Positions 21,493 through 30,568 of a DNA stretch of 64,000 nt are shown here, piece by piece. The number at the start of each line of letters is the position of its first letter. Positions within the stretch are counted from its first letter, which is position 1. Both the position numbers and the translations under genes were made by a program. Origin of the DNA: Nitrosopumilus sp. (GTDB taxonomy: Archaea > Thermoproteota > Nitrososphaeria > Nitrososphaerales > Nitrosopumilaceae); NCBI GenBank assembly GCA_965224195.1, contig OZ245040.1:1184001-1248000 (forward strand), given 5' to 3'. Under the pieces are notes generated by a model. The model searched no databases, was not told the DNA's origin, and saw only the letters and a list, made by a program, of their open reading frames with translations.

Positions 21493-21933
21493 CTATTCTG
21501 AATTAACATTATTTACTGTAGCATTAATCAAAAGTTTACTTCTTAGAACTTCTGCTAAATTTGTCTGAGTTATTACTCCTACTAGATTTTCATCTTCAAG
21601 CACAATTAAACGCCTAATGTTGTTATTTAGCATCTTTTGAACTGCATGTTCAACTTCTGTCTCCGGTTCTACCCATTTGAAATTTTTAGACATTATCTCT
21701 TCTATCTGGATTTGTGATGATTTGACATTTTTTGCTGCAATTTTTCTTACAATGTCTCTCTCTGAAACAATTCCTTCTGGTTTTCCTTCCTTTAGTATTA
21801 CAAGAAAACTGATCTCTTTTTCTTTTAGAATTACTGATGCGTCAAGTGCATTTTTGGTGTAATCTATTGTGATTACATTTTTTTCCATAATGTCTATCAC
21901 TTGAGTCATGGCGATCAACCAATTTCTATACAT
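21493..21933 (-). CDS. CBS-domain protein
   Basis: GIVSERDIV, IRRLIV, LVGVIT. Confidence 0.85.
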   Translation of the reverse strand: MYRNWLIAMTQVIDIMEKNVITIDYTKNALDASVILKEKEISFLVILKEGKPEGIVSERDIVRKIAAKNVKSSQIQIEEIMSKNFKWVEPETEVEHAVQKMLNNNIRRLIVLEDENLVGVITQTNLAEVLRSKLLINATVNNVNSE

Positions 21934-21987
21934 AAGAGTTTACTCGGACTAGATTCAAATTAAATATCTCTGAATGTTTGAAGAATT

Positions 21988-22668
21988 ATGAAAGTTGGAG
22001 TTGTAGTTTTTCCGGGTAGTAATTGTGATCGTGATATGTATCATGTATTGACTGATGTATTCCATCTTAATGCAGAATATTTTTGGCATGAAAAAGGATT
22101 GCCCGAAAATATTGATGCTGTAATTCTTCCAGGAGGATTTTCTTATGGTGATAGATTGAGAGCAGGTGTTATTGCAGCTCACAGTCCTATTATCAAAGAT
22201 GTCCAGAAAATGGCTGAAAAAGGAATCCCTGTTTTGGGTGTATGCAATGGATTTCAAATTCTTGTAGAATCTGGATTGCTTCCAGGAGTATTGCTCAAAA
22301 ATGAGTCTCTTAATTTTATGTGTGAATGGACTAATCTAATTGTAGAGAACAACAAAACTCCATTTACAAATCAATTCAAACTAAATGAAAAAATCCCAAT
22401 CCCAATAGCTAATGGTGAAGGACGATATTATGTTGATGATGATACTATGAAGGAATTAAAAAAGAAAAATCAAATTGTTTTTCGATATTCTGAGGTGGTA
22501 AATGGCTCTTCAAATAGAATTGCAGGCGTGTGTAATGAGGATGGTAATGTCGTTGGAATGATGCCTCATCCAGAAAGAGCGGTTGAATCAGACATTAATC
22601 CAATTGATAACAAACCTTCTTCTCTTATCTTTGAATCACTATTGACAAAAATGGGTGTTAGCAAATGA
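21988..22668 (+). CDS. purQ: FGAM synthase glutaminase subunit PurQ
   Basis: FPGSNCD, PGGFSYGD, GVCNGFQ, GMMPHPER. Confidence 0.97.
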   Translation: MKVGVVVFPGSNCDRDMYHVLTDVFHLNAEYFWHEKGLPENIDAVILPGGFSYGDRLRAGVIAAHSPIIKDVQKMAEKGIPVLGVCNGFQILVESGLLPGVLLKNESLNFMCEWTNLIVENNKTPFTNQFKLNEKIPIPIANGEGRYYVDDDTMKELKKKNQIVFRYSEVVNGSSNRIAGVCNEDGNVVGMMPHPERAVESDINPIDNKPSSLIFESLLTKMGVSK

Positions 22669-24842
22669 GTTTAGAAGAACACGAACTAGATGAGTTAAAA
22701 TCTAAAATTGGTAGAGATCCAACATCTACTGAACTACAAATTGTAGCTGCTGAATGGTCGGAGCACTGCTCCTACAAATCATCGAAAAGACATTTGAAAA
22801 TGCTACCTATGGATGGCCCTCTTGTAATTAATGAGAATGGATGTGATTCTGGAGTTTTAGATGTAGGTGATGGATATGTTGTAACTGCTCACATTGAAAG
22901 TCATAATCACCCATCAGCTGTAGAACCATACGGTGGTGCTGCTACTGGAGTTGGTGGAGTAATTCGAGATATCTTATCTGCTGGAACTAGACCTATTGCA
23001 ATTTTTGATGGATTAAGATTTGGAGATATTGAAAAAGATCTGCAAGCAAGATGGCTGTTCAAAAACGCTGTCACTGGAATTGCGGATTATGGAAATTGTT
23101 TAGGTATTCCAACTATCGGAGGAGAAGTGGAATTTGATGAATGCTATGAAAATTATGCAATGGTGGATGTTGCTGCATTAGGTTTTGGTAAAAAAGAAAA
23201 CTTGATCAAAAACCATGTGGAAAAAGATGATATTGTTGTCTTGATGGGGGGTTCTACTGGCAGAGATGGTATTGGTGGCTCTCAATTTGCATCTGATTCT
23301 TTAGAATCTGAAGACCGTTCTGCTGTTCAAATCCCTGACCCATTCATTGAGAAATTAATCATTGAAGTAGTTTTACAGGCACGAAATGATGGATTAATTC
23401 ATGCAATGAAAGATCTTGGAGGTGGCGGTTTATCGTGTGCAGTTTCTGAAACTGCTGATGCAATGGAGGTTGGAATTGAAATGGATGTTGACAAAGTTCA
23501 CACTAGAGAATCTGATATGCATCCTGATGAAATCATGGTATCAGAATCTCAAGAGAGAATGTTAATTGTTACAAGTAAAACAAAATTCAAAAAATTAGAA
23601 GAAATCTGTAATAAATTCCATATTGGTTGCTCTGTTATTGGCCATGTAAAATTTGATAATAATGTACATATCAAAAAAGGTGAAAATACAGTTGCCAATT
23701 TACCTGCTGATTTTGTAGCTAATGCAACACTACTTGATTTACCGTCAAAAGAACCAACTTATTTGAAAACTATTGAAACTGAAAAAAAATTCGACCCTAT
23801 TCCTGATTACTCTAAACTTATGATGACATTACTTGTATCACCAAACATTGCAAGTAAGATTTGGGTGTATGGCCAATATGATCATGAAGTAGGGATTAGA
23901 ACTGTAGTAAAACCTGGAACTGATGCATCTGTGTTAAGATTAGATAATGGAAAATATCTATCTGCAAAAATTGATGGTAATCCCAAACAATGTTACATCA
24001 ACCCTAGAGAAGGGGCAATTGGATGTTTTGAGGAAGCATGTAGAAATGTTGTGTGTACTGGGGCAAGACCAATTGGAATGCTTGATCATCTTCAATTTGG
24101 TAATCCTAATGATCCTGAAATTTTTTGGACTTTCTTAGAATCCCTGAAAGGTTTGACTGATTTTGCTAAATCATTTGAAATTCCATGTGTTGGAGGTAAA
24201 GTGAGCCTGTATAATGAGACTCCTAAAGGCTCTATCAAGCCAACTCCTGTCATTGGAGTTATTGGATTGATTGACAAGAAACCCTCAGTTCCTCAAAAAA
24301 TTTCACAAGATGATTGTCTCCTTATTATTGGTGACACTAAAGATGAGCTTGGTGGCTCTGAGTATTTTGAATATATCCACAAATTTATCGGAGGAAAATG
24401 TCCTGCTGTTAACTTTGAGGATTCAAAGAAACACATGAAATCTGTTCTTGATATAATTGATAAAAGTCTCATCAAATCTGCACATGATTGTTCTAAAGGT
24501 GGACTTGCAGTTGCAGTATCTGAAATTTGTATGACTAATCAAATTGGCTGTAATATTTCATTGAATAAAATCCCTGGTGAAAAACTAGATGTTGATAGAA
24601 TTTTGTTTTCTGAAAGTCATTCTAGATATCTATTATCCTTTGATAAGAAAAATTTTTCAAAAATTGAAGATATTCTCAAAACAAACAAAATTTCGTTCAA
24701 TCAAATTGGTCAATTTGGCAGTGAACAAATTCAATTTGTTTATGATTCAAAATTAATTGTTGATCTTGATTTGAAAAAGGTACATGAAATCTGGCTACAT
24801 GCGCTTCCAAATTTAGTACTTCGTGGCAAAAAAACTCTCTGA
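22665..24842 (+). CDS. purL: FGAM synthase subunit PurL
   Basis: WSEHCSYKS, ESHNHPS, DLGGGGL, SESQERM, GGKVSLYN. Confidence 0.97.
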   Translation: MSLEEHELDELKSKIGRDPTSTELQIVAAEWSEHCSYKSSKRHLKMLPMDGPLVINENGCDSGVLDVGDGYVVTAHIESHNHPSAVEPYGGAATGVGGVIRDILSAGTRPIAIFDGLRFGDIEKDLQARWLFKNAVTGIADYGNCLGIPTIGGEVEFDECYENYAMVDVAALGFGKKENLIKNHVEKDDIVVLMGGSTGRDGIGGSQFASDSLESEDRSAVQIPDPFIEKLIIEVVLQARNDGLIHAMKDLGGGGLSCAVSETADAMEVGIEMDVDKVHTRESDMHPDEIMVSESQERMLIVTSKTKFKKLEEICNKFHIGCSVIGHVKFDNNVHIKKGENTVANLPADFVANATLLDLPSKEPTYLKTIETEKKFDPIPDYSKLMMTLLVSPNIASKIWVYGQYDHEVGIRTVVKPGTDASVLRLDNGKYLSAKIDGNPKQCYINPREGAIGCFEEACRNVVCTGARPIGMLDHLQFGNPNDPEIFWTFLESLKGLTDFAKSFEIPCVGGKVSLYNETPKGSIKPTPVIGVIGLIDKKPSVPQKISQDDCLLIIGDTKDELGGSEYFEYIHKFIGGKCPAVNFEDSKKHMKSVLDIIDKSLIKSAHDCSKGGLAVAVSEICMTNQIGCNISLNKIPGEKLDVDRILFSESHSRYLLSFDKKNFSKIEDILKTNKISFNQIGQFGSEQIQFVYDSKLIVDLDLKKVHEIWLHALPNLVLRGKKTL

Positions 24843-25140
24843 TATTATGGCTGAAAAAAAGAAAAAATCTGAGAGAAAACAGAAAGGACAAAAGGCAGCT
24901 GAACAAAATCAGCGAATTAAAAAATACAAGAGTGAACAACAAATAAAGAAAAAAGGAAAAAAGCCTAAGAAATATTAGAATCTGAAAGGAGAGATTCCTG
25001 ATCGCTTAAAGTGATCATCATTTTTATTGTTCAAAGGTAGTAGTGGATCAGGGGATGGAGTCGTTATCTGATTTATCAGCCGAGTTTTACACTTTTTCTA
25101 ACCTTTTGATGTTATCTTTCTTTGAGGGATCTGCCTAGAC

Positions 25141-26583
25141 ATGCCTAAGGTAAAAGAAAATTGCGGTGTTGTTGGAATTTATAGCTTATCTGGAAAAAAT
25201 GTTGTTCCAATGGTCTTTGATGCTTTACGAGCTTTACAACATAGAGGACAAGAGGCTTGGGGATTTGCAGTTCCAAATAAACCTCCGTTTAAAAAAATTG
25301 GACTAGTTTCTCATTCTTCATCTGATTTTAAAAAAATTGCCAAAGAGTATGAATCTCCATGTGTCATTGGGCATGTGAGATATTCTACAATGGGTACTAG
25401 TACTCTGGATAATGCACAGCCATTGAAAGTAAAAGATCTCTGCATTGCACATAATGGAACAATTGCCAATGCCCAGGAATTATCTAATTTAGTTGGAGGG
25501 TGTTCTTTTACTCCACAAAATGCAAGTGACACTTTGGTTGCAGCGCAAAGACTTGTTTCATTAATTTCTGAAAATGGTGAAATGGGAAAAGCACTTTCAA
25601 TTTTAAAAAATGAAATGGTTGGCTCTTATTGTTTTACATTTATCTCTGATGATAATTCTGTTTATGCAGCTAGAGATCCTAAAGGATTTCGTCCAATGGT
25701 ATTGGGACATAAAGAATCTGATGACACATACATTGTAACCTCTGAATCAGCTGCAGTTATTGCAGTTGGTGCAACTTTACAAAGAGATGTAGTGCCAGGC
25801 GAATTAATCAAATTAAGCCAAACTGGTATAGAGACTGAATTATTTTCAACTGACACTTCTCGTGCACATTGCTCTTTTGAATTTACTTATTTTGCACATC
25901 CATCAAGTAACATGGAAGGACGTAACATTTACGTTTCAAGGAAAAAAATTGGGCAATTTATGGCAAAGAAATTCCCAATCAAAGATGCTGATTTGGTAAT
26001 TCCGGTACCCGATTCTGCAAGACCTGCAGCTTTAGGTTATGCTCAAGAACTCGGTGTGTCTTTTGATGAAGGTTTGTTAAAAGACAGATACAGTAAGAAA
26101 GGCCCATTGCGAAGTTTCATTGAACCTCACCAAAGTGATAGGGTTGAGATAAATCGCTGGATAATTCCAATTAGTGAAATCATCAAAGATAAGCATGTGG
26201 TGGTAATAGATGATAGTCTAGTTAGAGGTACTAGTTCTAAGGCTATTATCAAGGCACTTCGTCGTGCAGGTGCCAAAAAAATAAGCATGCTGATCACATA
26301 TCCTCAAATTAACTATCCTTGCTATGCTGGAATTGATTTCCCATCTCAAGAAGAACTTGCCACATTTACTGATGGAAAAACTATGACCAGTGATGAGATT
26401 ACTGAGATGGTTAGAAAAAGTATTGGTGTTGATTTTCTAGGATATAACACTGCTAAAAATTTAGCAGACGCAGTTGGAATGCCAAAAGATTCAATGTGTT
26501 TCACATGTTCTTCAGGAAACTATGATTCATTGGGAATAAAGCCTGATTTTACCAAACGCGAGCAAGTAAAGGCGACAAATTAG
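25141..26583 (+). CDS. purF: Amidophosphoribosyltransferase
   Basis: ENCGVVG, LQHRGQE, GHVRYST, VIDDSLVRGT. Confidence 0.97.
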   Translation: MPKVKENCGVVGIYSLSGKNVVPMVFDALRALQHRGQEAWGFAVPNKPPFKKIGLVSHSSSDFKKIAKEYESPCVIGHVRYSTMGTSTLDNAQPLKVKDLCIAHNGTIANAQELSNLVGGCSFTPQNASDTLVAAQRLVSLISENGEMGKALSILKNEMVGSYCFTFISDDNSVYAARDPKGFRPMVLGHKESDDTYIVTSESAAVIAVGATLQRDVVPGELIKLSQTGIETELFSTDTSRAHCSFEFTYFAHPSSNMEGRNIYVSRKKIGQFMAKKFPIKDADLVIPVPDSARPAALGYAQELGVSFDEGLLKDRYSKKGPLRSFIEPHQSDRVEINRWIIPISEIIKDKHVVVIDDSLVRGTSSKAIIKALRRAGAKKISMLITYPQINYPCYAGIDFPSQEELATFTDGKTMTSDEITEMVRKSIGVDFLGYNTAKNLADAVGMPKDSMCFTCSSGNYDSLGIKPDFTKREQVKATN

Positions 26584-26631
26584 TACCAATTTAGAGAATT
26601 GATTAAATATTGTTAAAAGATTTCTTAAACT

Positions 26632-26910
26632 ATGCAAGCAATATGGAATGATGTAGCTATTGCAGAAAGCAATGACACTGTTGAAGTGGATGGAAATTCA
26701 TATTTTCCATTTGATTCAATCAAACAAGAATATTTCAAAAAAACTGAATTGACTACTGTATGTGGTTGGAAAGGAATGGCCAATTATTACTCTGTAGATG
26801 TCAATGGGAAAACAAACAAAGATTGTGCATGGTATTATGCGGAACCAAATGATGCTGCCTCTAAAATCAAAGGAATGGTGGCATTTTGGAATGGTATCAA
26901 AATACAATAA
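26632..26910 (+). CDS. DUF427 protein
   Basis: YFP...TVCGWKGMANYY...AWYY...VAFW. Confidence 0.85.
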   Translation: MQAIWNDVAIAESNDTVEVDGNSYFPFDSIKQEYFKKTELTTVCGWKGMANYYSVDVNGKTNKDCAWYYAEPNDAASKIKGMVAFWNGIKIQ

Positions 26911-26913
26911 TTC

Positions 26914-27111
26914 TTAGTCTTCATCTATTTTTTTATTATATTCGTCAATTTTGAGATTATATTCTTCAATATCTTTATTTTCAGAATCAATATTTTCAAA
27001 TAATTCTGGATTCACTTCTTGAGCTTTTTTCATTAGTTTTTTGAATGAATCTGGATCGTCTTTTTGAAGATCTAGTAGTAATTTCCCTATTGATTCATCA
27101 AGATTGCTCAT
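26914..27111 (-). CDS. Small hypothetical protein
   Basis: 65-aa ORF. Confidence 0.45.
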   Translation of the reverse strand: MSNLDESIGKLLLDLQKDDPDSFKKLMKKAQEVNPELFENIDSENKDIEEYNLKIDEYNKKIDED

Positions 27112-27152
27112 TTCATTATTTGTAATTTTATCGGCTATTTTTGAATTTCTTT

Positions 27153-27464
27153 TTAGATGTTAATCTTTTTGTTGGCAATTTTGAACGCATTCTTTGTTAG
27201 AGTATCAAATCCTGCAATTGTGGCAATCAAACTGGCAAATATCATAAGTTCTGATAGTTCTGAAAGCATTTGATTTTCAATTGCCTCAATTTGTGGTCCA
27301 ATGATTGTAATTCCAACAATAAATGCAATGATTGCTGATGCTGTGCCGCTTTTGAAATCATACTTTTCTTTTGATTTTAACCATCCAAGAATATTTTGTA
27401 ATAGTACACCTGAAAATACAATTGAAATTGTTGCAAGAACTGGTGACAATCCAAATATTTCCAT
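27153..27464 (-). CDS. Small membrane protein (3 TM)
   Basis: Three hydrophobic segments. Confidence 0.55.
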   Translation of the reverse strand: MEIFGLSPVLATISIVFSGVLLQNILGWLKSKEKYDFKSGTASAIIAFIVGITIIGPQIEAIENQMLSELSELMIFASLIATIAGFDTLTKNAFKIANKKINI

Positions 27465-27757
27465 GTTGAAATTATACTAAAAATCCTATTGTAGTTTAGT
27501 AATAACTTGTGAGTGATTCTTATATCTTCATCATTTTTCATCTTTGCAATTCAATTCTTCTTAACAAAAGATGTTGTATTTATTGAACAACCTATTACTT
27601 ATGAAGTTAATCTAGTATGATGTATTATGCCTAAATGTAGAAACTGTGATGATGATTTTATAGTACATTATACTAGCTTTTGCTCTGATGATTGTTCTTC
27701 TGTGTATACTAAAAGATACTTTTTACATTAACTCAAGTTCATATTTTATTGACAAGT

Positions 27758-28293
27758 TTACTGTTGAGGAATTTTTATTTTGAATTCAAAACTATCTTCA
27801 TCTGATTTAAAATCAATAGTTGTGTGTTTTGCATTATTGAACATTTTGAAATAAATCATACCGTTGACGTAGAGCCAATTATGTCCCATATCCCTATTTG
27901 AACACACTATGACCCTTACCCCATCTACATCATCATAATACAAATGATGTCCATTTTGTTTGAACCAACTACCATAGTTTCTGTCATTTCTTCAAATTTT
28001 AACATTGGAGAAAACAATTGCATGCATGATACCGTGGGTTCATATTTTGTTTCAACCCACCCATCTAGTTCTTCTTTTTCAAATCTATTGTACAATTGCT
28101 TTATCTCTTTTCTCTGAGTGATCATATCTTGGCGTTTGAAACATTTTTCAAGTACATCTATGTGGTTGTTGATGATATTTTCTGCAGTTTTGGTAGGCGA
28201 TATATTTAGTTCATGTGCCAATTTTTTAATTGTCTCTGCATGATTTTTTGTAAATCGTAAACTAAATACTTCATCCTTTGTTTTATCTGACAC
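27758..28293 (-). pseudogene. Frameshifted hypothetical protein with an RHH-like N-terminus
   Basis: ORFs 27925..28293 (VFSLRFT...IKKLAHELNIS) and 27758..27943 overlap as if one gene were split. Confidence 0.45.
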
Positions 28294-28422
28294 TAAGTTT
28301 GGGGGGTAATTTTTTAATAAAAACTATTCTTTAAAAATTGAATAATATGTAATATTCTTACATTACTAGCTAAAGCTTACATTTTTCGTATTCTATAAAT
28401 TTGGGTAAATTAAGAGAATTTT

Positions 28423-28635
28423 ATGGGCGCAGAAATGGCAATTGAGAAATTAAAGACTTCTAATCAAGGCCTAAAGATTATCCAAGAAAATATTCATGAA
28501 CAACTTGGAGAAATTGCCTCTGATCCTAGACTGGAGGGACTAACTATTGATTTGGAAAATCTCTTTGAATCATATCTTGATACTTGGGTGAAAAGTAATT
28601 CGGATATCATATCTATTTTAGAAAAAGGAAATTGA
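28423..28635 (+). CDS. Small hypothetical protein
   Basis: 70-aa ORF. Confidence 0.5.
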   Translation: MGAEMAIEKLKTSNQGLKIIQENIHEQLGEIASDPRLEGLTIDLENLFESYLDTWVKSNSDIISILEKGN

Positions 28636-29433
28636 AATGAGTTCTGTTAAAATTTGTAAACGATGTGAACACGAATTTGAAAATCGCACTAGTGATTTCT
28701 GTTCACCTGAATGTGCGGCGGAATTTTATTGAAATTGGTTTGCATGCATTGTGGAGATGCATTTGAAGGAAAGAATGAAAAATTTTGTTCTCATGGATGT
28801 AGGGATTCTCACATTGCTTCCCTGGAGAAACGTACCCGTGAAGCAGTTAGGGATGATCCTGGCCATACTGCAAAAATGAGTAGATCTTAGAATATTTTGC
28901 ATTGTTATAGTTTTAAACTGAAACAACAATTCCCTTTGACGGACTTGAAAGACGGGTCTCTACGTTCTGAACATTGTTTGACTTATTATTATGATTAAAA
29001 TCTATATTGGGATTTTTTTTCATAATTTTATGGTTTTTAAAGTAATGTACAAATTTTCTAATGAAGATATTTCATACATTTGTTATATGACCCATAAACA
29101 GTATATCAATTTCAAAGACTTGGCCTACAATAAAGGAAATTATCATCCTAAAGAGAAATCAAATAGAAATGAAAGAATATGAGAATGAAATGCAAAACTC
29201 AATTGATGCGGCATTTGCAAATAGTACTTCTCACATAAAGAAACTCTCTGAAGAACTATAATTTTTACACAAATCTAGGTTCATTTTCATCCCCAAAATG
29301 ATGACTGAATTCCCGTGGATTTGAATCTAGCTTTAACGCCTTGAACTAACTTGACAAGTCCCATCGAGGGCTTTTACAAATTAGTTCAATTCTCTTATAA
29401 TCAAACTCTCTACGATTTGATAAAGTGATGTAA

Positions 29434-29451
29434 TGGACCGGATGGGAATTG
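29434..29451 (-). other. tRNA-Ala-like 3' fragment (possible att-site relic)
   Basis: Minus strand reads CAATTCCCATCCGGTCCA: partial T-loop, T-stem 3' half, acceptor 3' strand and discriminator A. No 5' half nearby. Confidence 0.45.
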
Positions 29452-29473
29452 GTCTTGTGATGGTGCTTTTTTG

Positions 29474-30465
29474 TACTTTGTCGAACAAATAACAATCTGA
29501 TCAACTTTATTTCATAACAATAGCTTTGGATCTCACATTCTGACCATTCTCATGGTTAACTGGAATCAATACAATGAAAAACTAGTCAGAAGAGGCGAGA
29601 TCATAATGTCATTTGATGCTATTGATAACTGGCATAAAGAATTAGAGGTCATGAATCACAACAAAAGAGGTAGAAAGTTTGACTATCCTGATTCATTCAT
29701 GAAATTATTGGGTTATGCTAGAATCTATTTTGGATTACCATTCAGACAAACAGAAGGAATGATACGTGCATATTGTAATAGAGTTCCAGCAGTTCCTGAT
29801 TTCACATCAATCCACAAGAGAATAAACAAGCTTGACATCAAAACTGATGATTCCATTGGAGATAATAATGAAATCATTTTGGCAATTGACAGCACAGGAA
29901 TCAAGGTTGCAAACAGGGGCGAATGGATGAGACAGAAATGGCACATGAGGAGAGGATTTCTAAAAATCCATGTTGGTGCCGATGTCAAATCAAAGAAAAT
30001 AGTTTCACTGAAAATAACAGATGATTCATCCCATGATGCTGCACATCTGCCAGAACTGGTACAGCAGGCATCACAAAAAGGAAATGTAATCAAGGTTCTA
30101 GCTGATGGCGCATATGATTCAGAAAACAACTTCTCATATCTATATCACAACACAGATGCACTGCCTGCAATCAAAGTTAGAAAGACATCATCTCTCAAAA
30201 CAAAATGTTATCCGAGAAAGAAATCAGTCTTAGCTCAAATGTATAATTTGGATTTGTGGAAGCGCAGCGTCAGCTATGGGGACAGGTGGATTGTAGAGTG
30301 TGTGTTTTCAACATTCAAAAGGATGTTTGGTGAGTATGTCATGGCTCACAAAAGAAAATACATGGCAAAGGAATTAAAATTAAAAGTCGAGCTGTACAAT
30401 CTGTTTGCAGGTGCTTGAGGGAATGAAATCAAAAACTAGTTAGAAATGATTTGTTCGACAGAGTA
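29474..30465 (+). mobile_element. IS5-like insertion sequence, copy 1 (992 bp)
   Basis: Terminal inverted repeats TACTTTGTCGAACAAAT / TACTCTGTCGAACAAAT; flanking direct repeat CTTTTTTG at 29466-29473 and 30466-30473. Confidence 0.92.
29552..30418 (+). CDS. IS5-family DDE transposase
   Basis: NWNQYNEKLVRRG, AIDSTG, LADGAYD and Y..RWIVECVFSTFKR motifs. Confidence 0.93.
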   Translation: MVNWNQYNEKLVRRGEIIMSFDAIDNWHKELEVMNHNKRGRKFDYPDSFMKLLGYARIYFGLPFRQTEGMIRAYCNRVPAVPDFTSIHKRINKLDIKTDDSIGDNNEIILAIDSTGIKVANRGEWMRQKWHMRRGFLKIHVGADVKSKKIVSLKITDDSSHDAAHLPELVQQASQKGNVIKVLADGAYDSENNFSYLYHNTDALPAIKVRKTSSLKTKCYPRKKSVLAQMYNLDLWKRSVSYGDRWIVECVFSTFKRMFGEYVMAHKRKYMAKELKLKVELYNLFAGA

Positions 30466-30568
30466 CTTTTTTGAGTTCCGTTGTGACTAGAATTTAGTTT
30501 GATTTTAGTTTTTAGAAATTGATTTTTTTAGCTTTGTTATAATATCTTAATTCCAGGATTATTCTTTA

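Noticed and set aside
25040-25090. Fluoride riboswitch (GGGGATGGAGT resemblance)
   Set aside because: The pairing partner and downstream TAATGAC-type consensus are absent, and no fluoride-related gene follows.
29400-29470. Complete tRNA gene
   Set aside because: Only an 18-nt 3'-end-like fragment; no D arm or anticodon arm found.
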